From the NCBI GenBank assembly GCA_047631715.1, contig JBLICC010000027.1, positions 1-11,253 of the forward strand: a stretch of 11,253 nt of DNA, in the 5' to 3' direction. The position numbers and the translations under genes were made by a program. This DNA comes from Alteromonas naphthalenivorans (lineage in GTDB: Bacteria > Babelota > Babeliae > Babelales > CAIQNR01). Shown piece after piece: positions 8,402 through 11,253 of the stretch (positions within the stretch are counted from its first letter, which is position 1; the number at the start of each line of letters is the position of its first letter). The notes beneath the pieces are model-generated. The model saw only the letters and a list, made by a program, of their open reading frames with translations, had not been told where the DNA came from and searched no databases.

Positions 8402-9059
8402 ATGTATTTATTTAGCCTTCTCTTATTCTTGAATGTGGCAACAGTTTTTACGTTTGACCATCAAGGAGAACTATTCCTGGATTATTTTCGCGAGAGAGAT
8501 GAAGAAAAAAAACTGAATTAGAGATAAAAGATCTTGAGCAATTATCTAGTGTAGTTAGGCGTGACGAAAAGTATGGGTTTCCTTCTTTTCATATAGATTG
8601 GGACGATTCAAATATGGCGAAGGCCTGGAGTGCTGATATTTCAAGAATGCCTAAAATAAGCAATTTTCGGGAACACTTAGTGTTTCTTATCATGGATTTG
8701 CTCAAAACAAGTTATGCAAAGTAACTATGGAAATATTAGAAGAAAGGACTCCGTTTGATAATAATTATAAACTTAAAATCTTAGGCCTAGAGGGAGACTT
8801 TCGATACTTCCGTAGTTTTTTGGGAGCATTGTTTTACGATATTAAAAGCAGCCGTTGGAGGGGCATTACGTTAGGATATCATGATGGAAAAGAATACAGA
8901 AAATGGGGTAGTGTTACAGCGATTCGATTAGGACGGTTAAAAGAAAAACTGGATGAAGAAATTGTTTTAGATATGAATAAGGAATATTTGGAGTGGGGAG
9001 AAGAGAGAAAAAAAAGAATAAGGCAGCGTAGAGCTATAACTGGTTGGCCAATAAATTAA
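8402..9059 (+). pseudogene. Frameshifted paralog of the 9163..9852 exported protein (about 219 aa if repaired)
   Basis: SD AAGGAG at 8384-8389, ATG at 8402 and signal peptide MYLFSLLLFLNVATVFT. Similarity to the paralog continues across frames: FPSFHIDW vs PPSFRIAW, FSGTLSVSYHGFAQNKLCKVTM vs FFGSLSAFYKGFQRDELCKVTM, LEGDFRYFRSFLGAL vs LEGDVRYFRRFLKAL. Adding one A at the A8 run (8505-8512) and one at the A4 run (8653-8656) restores a single ORF. Track ORF 8727..9059 is its 3' half. Confidence 0.85.
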
Positions 9060-9149
9060 ATCTACAGATCTTTAGTTTTTTTACGAATAAATTGATTTAC
9101 CAGAGAGCCGTTAGAGCCTTAAATTTTTTTACATCGCCAACATACTGAA
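9046..9149 (-). repeat. Decayed copy of the gene-end/mlaF 3'-end junction
   Basis: By manual alignment, 9070..9149 matches 9895..9975 at about 61/81 columns with one 1-nt gap, including ACGAATAAATTGAT and ACATCGCCAACATACTGAA vs GCATCACCAACATATTGAA. Upstream, GCCAATAAAT matches 9845-9854, followed by an apparent deletion of about 26 nt. Confidence 0.8.
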
Positions 9150-9162
9150 AAAGGATCAAGAT

Positions 9163-9852
9163 ATGAATAAAATTAACTATCTTTTATTTTTGAGTGTAAC
9201 AGTTATTTTTGCACCTAATGGGTCAACTCAAACAGACCGGATTGCGCCTGTTGGTGCGCTTAAAGAGAAAGTAAAAGAGTGTGTAATGAGCATAGGCGCT
9301 TTAAAACGCCTTTCTGATGAGATTGGGTACGATACTACGCTCGATACAGAACGTGGAAATTATCCTCCATCATTTAGAATAGCTTGGCAAGGTCGCAGAG
9401 TATCTGAATGGGAGCCTACAACATTTAGTTTAGAATACCAGAAAGAAGATTGTTTTTTTGGCTCATTGAGTGCTTTTTATAAGGGCTTTCAACGGGATGA
9501 ATTGTGTAAAGTTACAATGAAACAACAAATGATAATAAGTTCTTCTTATCCAGCATATACAGAGACTAGAGTTAAAATTGTAAAACTAGAAGGAGATGTG
9601 CGTTATTTTCGAAGATTTCTTAAGGCATTAGCTTGTGATGTAGAGTTAAGCATGTTTGTAGCAACGTATGTTTTGAAGTTTCCTGAAAGAAAAGATAATG
9701 AAAGGTGGGGAAGAGTCGCGGCTGTTAATATGGGAAAATTTGAAAAAGAATTTAGCGCAGTACCTCGTTTAGATATGAAAAAAGAATATCCAAAATGGAT
9801 AAAAAAAAGTGAAGAGGAATTGAAAAAAGGCAATCGATATTGTCGCCAATAA
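9163..9852 (+). CDS. Hypothetical exported protein of unknown family (paralog of 8402..9059)
   Basis: 229 aa, SD AAGGA at 9151-9155 and a signal-peptide-like MNKINYLLFLSVTVIFA. Shares motifs LCKVTM, LEGDxRYFR, WGxVxA and LDMxKEYxxW with the upstream pseudogene. Confidence 0.8.
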   Translation: MNKINYLLFLSVTVIFAPNGSTQTDRIAPVGALKEKVKECVMSIGALKRLSDEIGYDTTLDTERGNYPPSFRIAWQGRRVSEWEPTTFSLEYQKEDCFFGSLSAFYKGFQRDELCKVTMKQQMIISSSYPAYTETRVKIVKLEGDVRYFRRFLKALACDVELSMFVATYVLKFPERKDNERWGRVAAVNMGKFEKEFSAVPRLDMKKEYPKWIKKSEEELKKGNRYCRQ

Positions 9853-9859
9853 ATCAATT

Positions 9860-10627
9860 TTATTGATTCTTAACAATCTCGGATTGAATTGGCCCTTTAG
9901 TTTCTCCACGAATAAATTGATAAACCTGAGGGTTATCAGAATCCCAAATAGTTTTTGCATCACCAACATATTGAATGGTTCTGTCGTTTAACAATGCAAC
10001 TTGATCGGCATATTGAAAAATATCTGGATCATGAGAAATAACAACAGAGGTAAGGCCAAGCTTGTCTTGGGTGCTTTTCATGAGTTCATGGATAATGCGA
10101 ACGGTAATGGGATCGAGCCCTGTGGTTGGTTCGTCATAAAGAACAATTTTGGGATTAGTAATAAGTGTACGAGCAAGGCCAACACGTTTTTTCATTCCAC
10201 CCGAAAGTTCGGACGGATACTTTTCCATAGTCTCTTCGGGGTTCAAATTAACGAGTCCTAATTTTTCTCGTACAATTGGCTCAACTTCTTCTCGACTCAT
10301 GCCTTTTTCTAGAAGAGGAAGACCAATGTTCTCGAACACTGTTAAAGAGTCTAAGAGCGCAGCAAACTGAAACACATAGCCAACTTTTTTAAATACTTGT
10401 TGAAGCTGTTTGTCATCAAGGTCGGAGATGTCAACGCCATCGATAATCACTTGTCCTGATGTTGGTTTAATAAGGCCAATAATTTGTTTTAAAAGAACGG
10501 ATTTTCCTTCACCCGATTTTCCAATAATACAGGTCATTTTACCATCAGGAATAGTAAGGCTAACATCATTGGTAATCCAAGGGCTGTCATCACCAAAACG
10601 TTTTTTTAAGTTTCTTAGTTCAATCAT
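9860..10627 (-). CDS. mlaF: MlaF/Mkl-family ABC transporter ATP-binding protein
   Basis: Walker A GKSGEGKS, VFQFAALLDSLTVFENI, signature LSGGMKKRVGLAR, LYDEPTTGLDP, ISHD and C-terminal PQVYQFIRG...GPI. It follows mlaE. Confidence 0.92.
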   Translation of the reverse strand: MIELRNLKKRFGDDSPWITNDVSLTIPDGKMTCIIGKSGEGKSVLLKQIIGLIKPTSGQVIIDGVDISDLDDKQLQQVFKKVGYVFQFAALLDSLTVFENIGLPLLEKGMSREEVEPIVREKLGLVNLNPEETMEKYPSELSGGMKKRVGLARTLITNPKIVLYDEPTTGLDPITVRIIHELMKSTQDKLGLTSVVISHDPDIFQYADQVALLNDRTIQYVGDAKTIWDSDNPQVYQFIRGETKGPIQSEIVKNQ

Positions 10628-10639
10628 GGTTTTGTCTCT

Positions 10640-11253
10640 TTATTTAAAGAGTAATGCTGTTAAGAAGTAATCAGATATTAAAATTAAAATGGAGCTTACG
10701 ACTACCGCTTGTGTGGTTGAAATACCAACTCCTTTTGCTCCACCTTCTGTTTGATGCCCTTTGTAGCAACTTACCCATGATAAAATTAAACCGAAGATTG
10801 ATGCCTTTATAAGGCCACCAGTAATGTCGGAATATTCTAAGTAGGTTTGGATTCCATCAATGTATTGTTGCCCATTAATATGAAGTGTATGAACAGCAAC
10901 TAAGTAGCCTCCTGCAATACCAAAAATTGTACAAAATATAGATAAAAATGGAAGAATAATAACACCAGCCAGTACGCGTGGAATCATTAAAAACTGATTA
11001 ACATCAATTCCAAGAGTTTTAAGTGCATCAAGTTGCTCTGTTATTTTCATGGTCCCAATTTCAGCTGCAATTGCTGACCCTGCTCGTCCAGTTACCATGA
11101 GTCCTGTAAGTACTGGCCCTAGCTCTCGAGTAAGCGATAGCGCAACAACAGGCCCAATAAAGCCTTCTGCGCCAAAACGTTTAAAGCCAAAGTAACTTTG
11201 TAGTGCAAGTACTGCACCCGATGATGCACCGGTGAGCACAACAATAGCTAATG
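10640..11253 (-). CDS. mlaE: MlaE-family ABC transporter permease (5'-truncated by window edge)
   Basis: Motifs RELGPVLTGLMVTGRAGSAIAAEIGTMKITEQLDAL and GGAKGVGISTTQAVV. The frame stays open to the window edge (..LAIVVLTG), so the true start lies outside the window. Confidence 0.95.
   Translation of the reverse strand, partial: LAIVVLTGASSGAVLALQSYFGFKRFGAEGFIGPVVALSLTRELGPVLTGLMVTGRAGSAIAAEIGTMKITEQLDALKTLGIDVNQFLMIPRVLAGVIILPFLSIFCTIFGIAGGYLVAVHTLHINGQQYIDGIQTYLEYSDITGGLIKASIFGLILSWVSCYKGHQTEGGAKGVGISTTQAVVVSSILILISDYFLTALLFK

Noticed and set aside
8727..9059. 110-aa ORF as a standalone gene
   Set aside because: Homology to the paralog continues upstream of its ATG (LCKVT-M), so it is the 3' fragment of 8402..9059.
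8294..9928. Diversity-generating retroelement TR/VR pair
   Set aside because: There is no reverse transcriptase in the window, and the four differences are all synonymous and not confined to adenines of one template copy.
8294..9975. CRISPR, attC/integron or IS interpretation of the repeats
   Set aside because: The repeats are mlaF coding sequence spaced about 0.8 kb apart. I saw no attC-like palindrome, terminal inverted repeats, cas, integrase or transposase.
7507..10670. Short track ORFs 7507..7710, 9603..9857, 9769..9969, 10001..10261, 10149..10370, 10410..10670
   Set aside because: They overlap the DUF1622 gene, the 229-aa gene or mlaF on other frames or strands and have no independent support.

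Overview
AT-rich bacterial chromosomal window; the gene styles suggest a host-associated lineage such as Ca. Dependentiae/TM6, which is inference only. Left half (minus strand): a type II secretion sub-operon gspC-gspD-gspL-gspM (gspM runs off the window), preceded by a MoxR AAA+ ATPase. Middle (plus strand): dCTP deaminase, a DUF1622 membrane protein and three genes for unknown signal-peptide proteins. Two of those three are diverged paralogs, and one paralog is doubly frameshifted. Right (minus strand): mlaE (5'-truncated) and mlaF. The most unusual signal is that the 3' end of mlaF occurs three times. The live copy ends at 9860. A 69-bp copy at 8294..8362 starts exactly at the stop codon and differs only by four synonymous substitutions. 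A decayed copy lies at about 9046..9149. These copies separate the secreted-protein genes into cassettes, which suggests repeated gene capture at the mlaF 3' end, with no integrase in the window.
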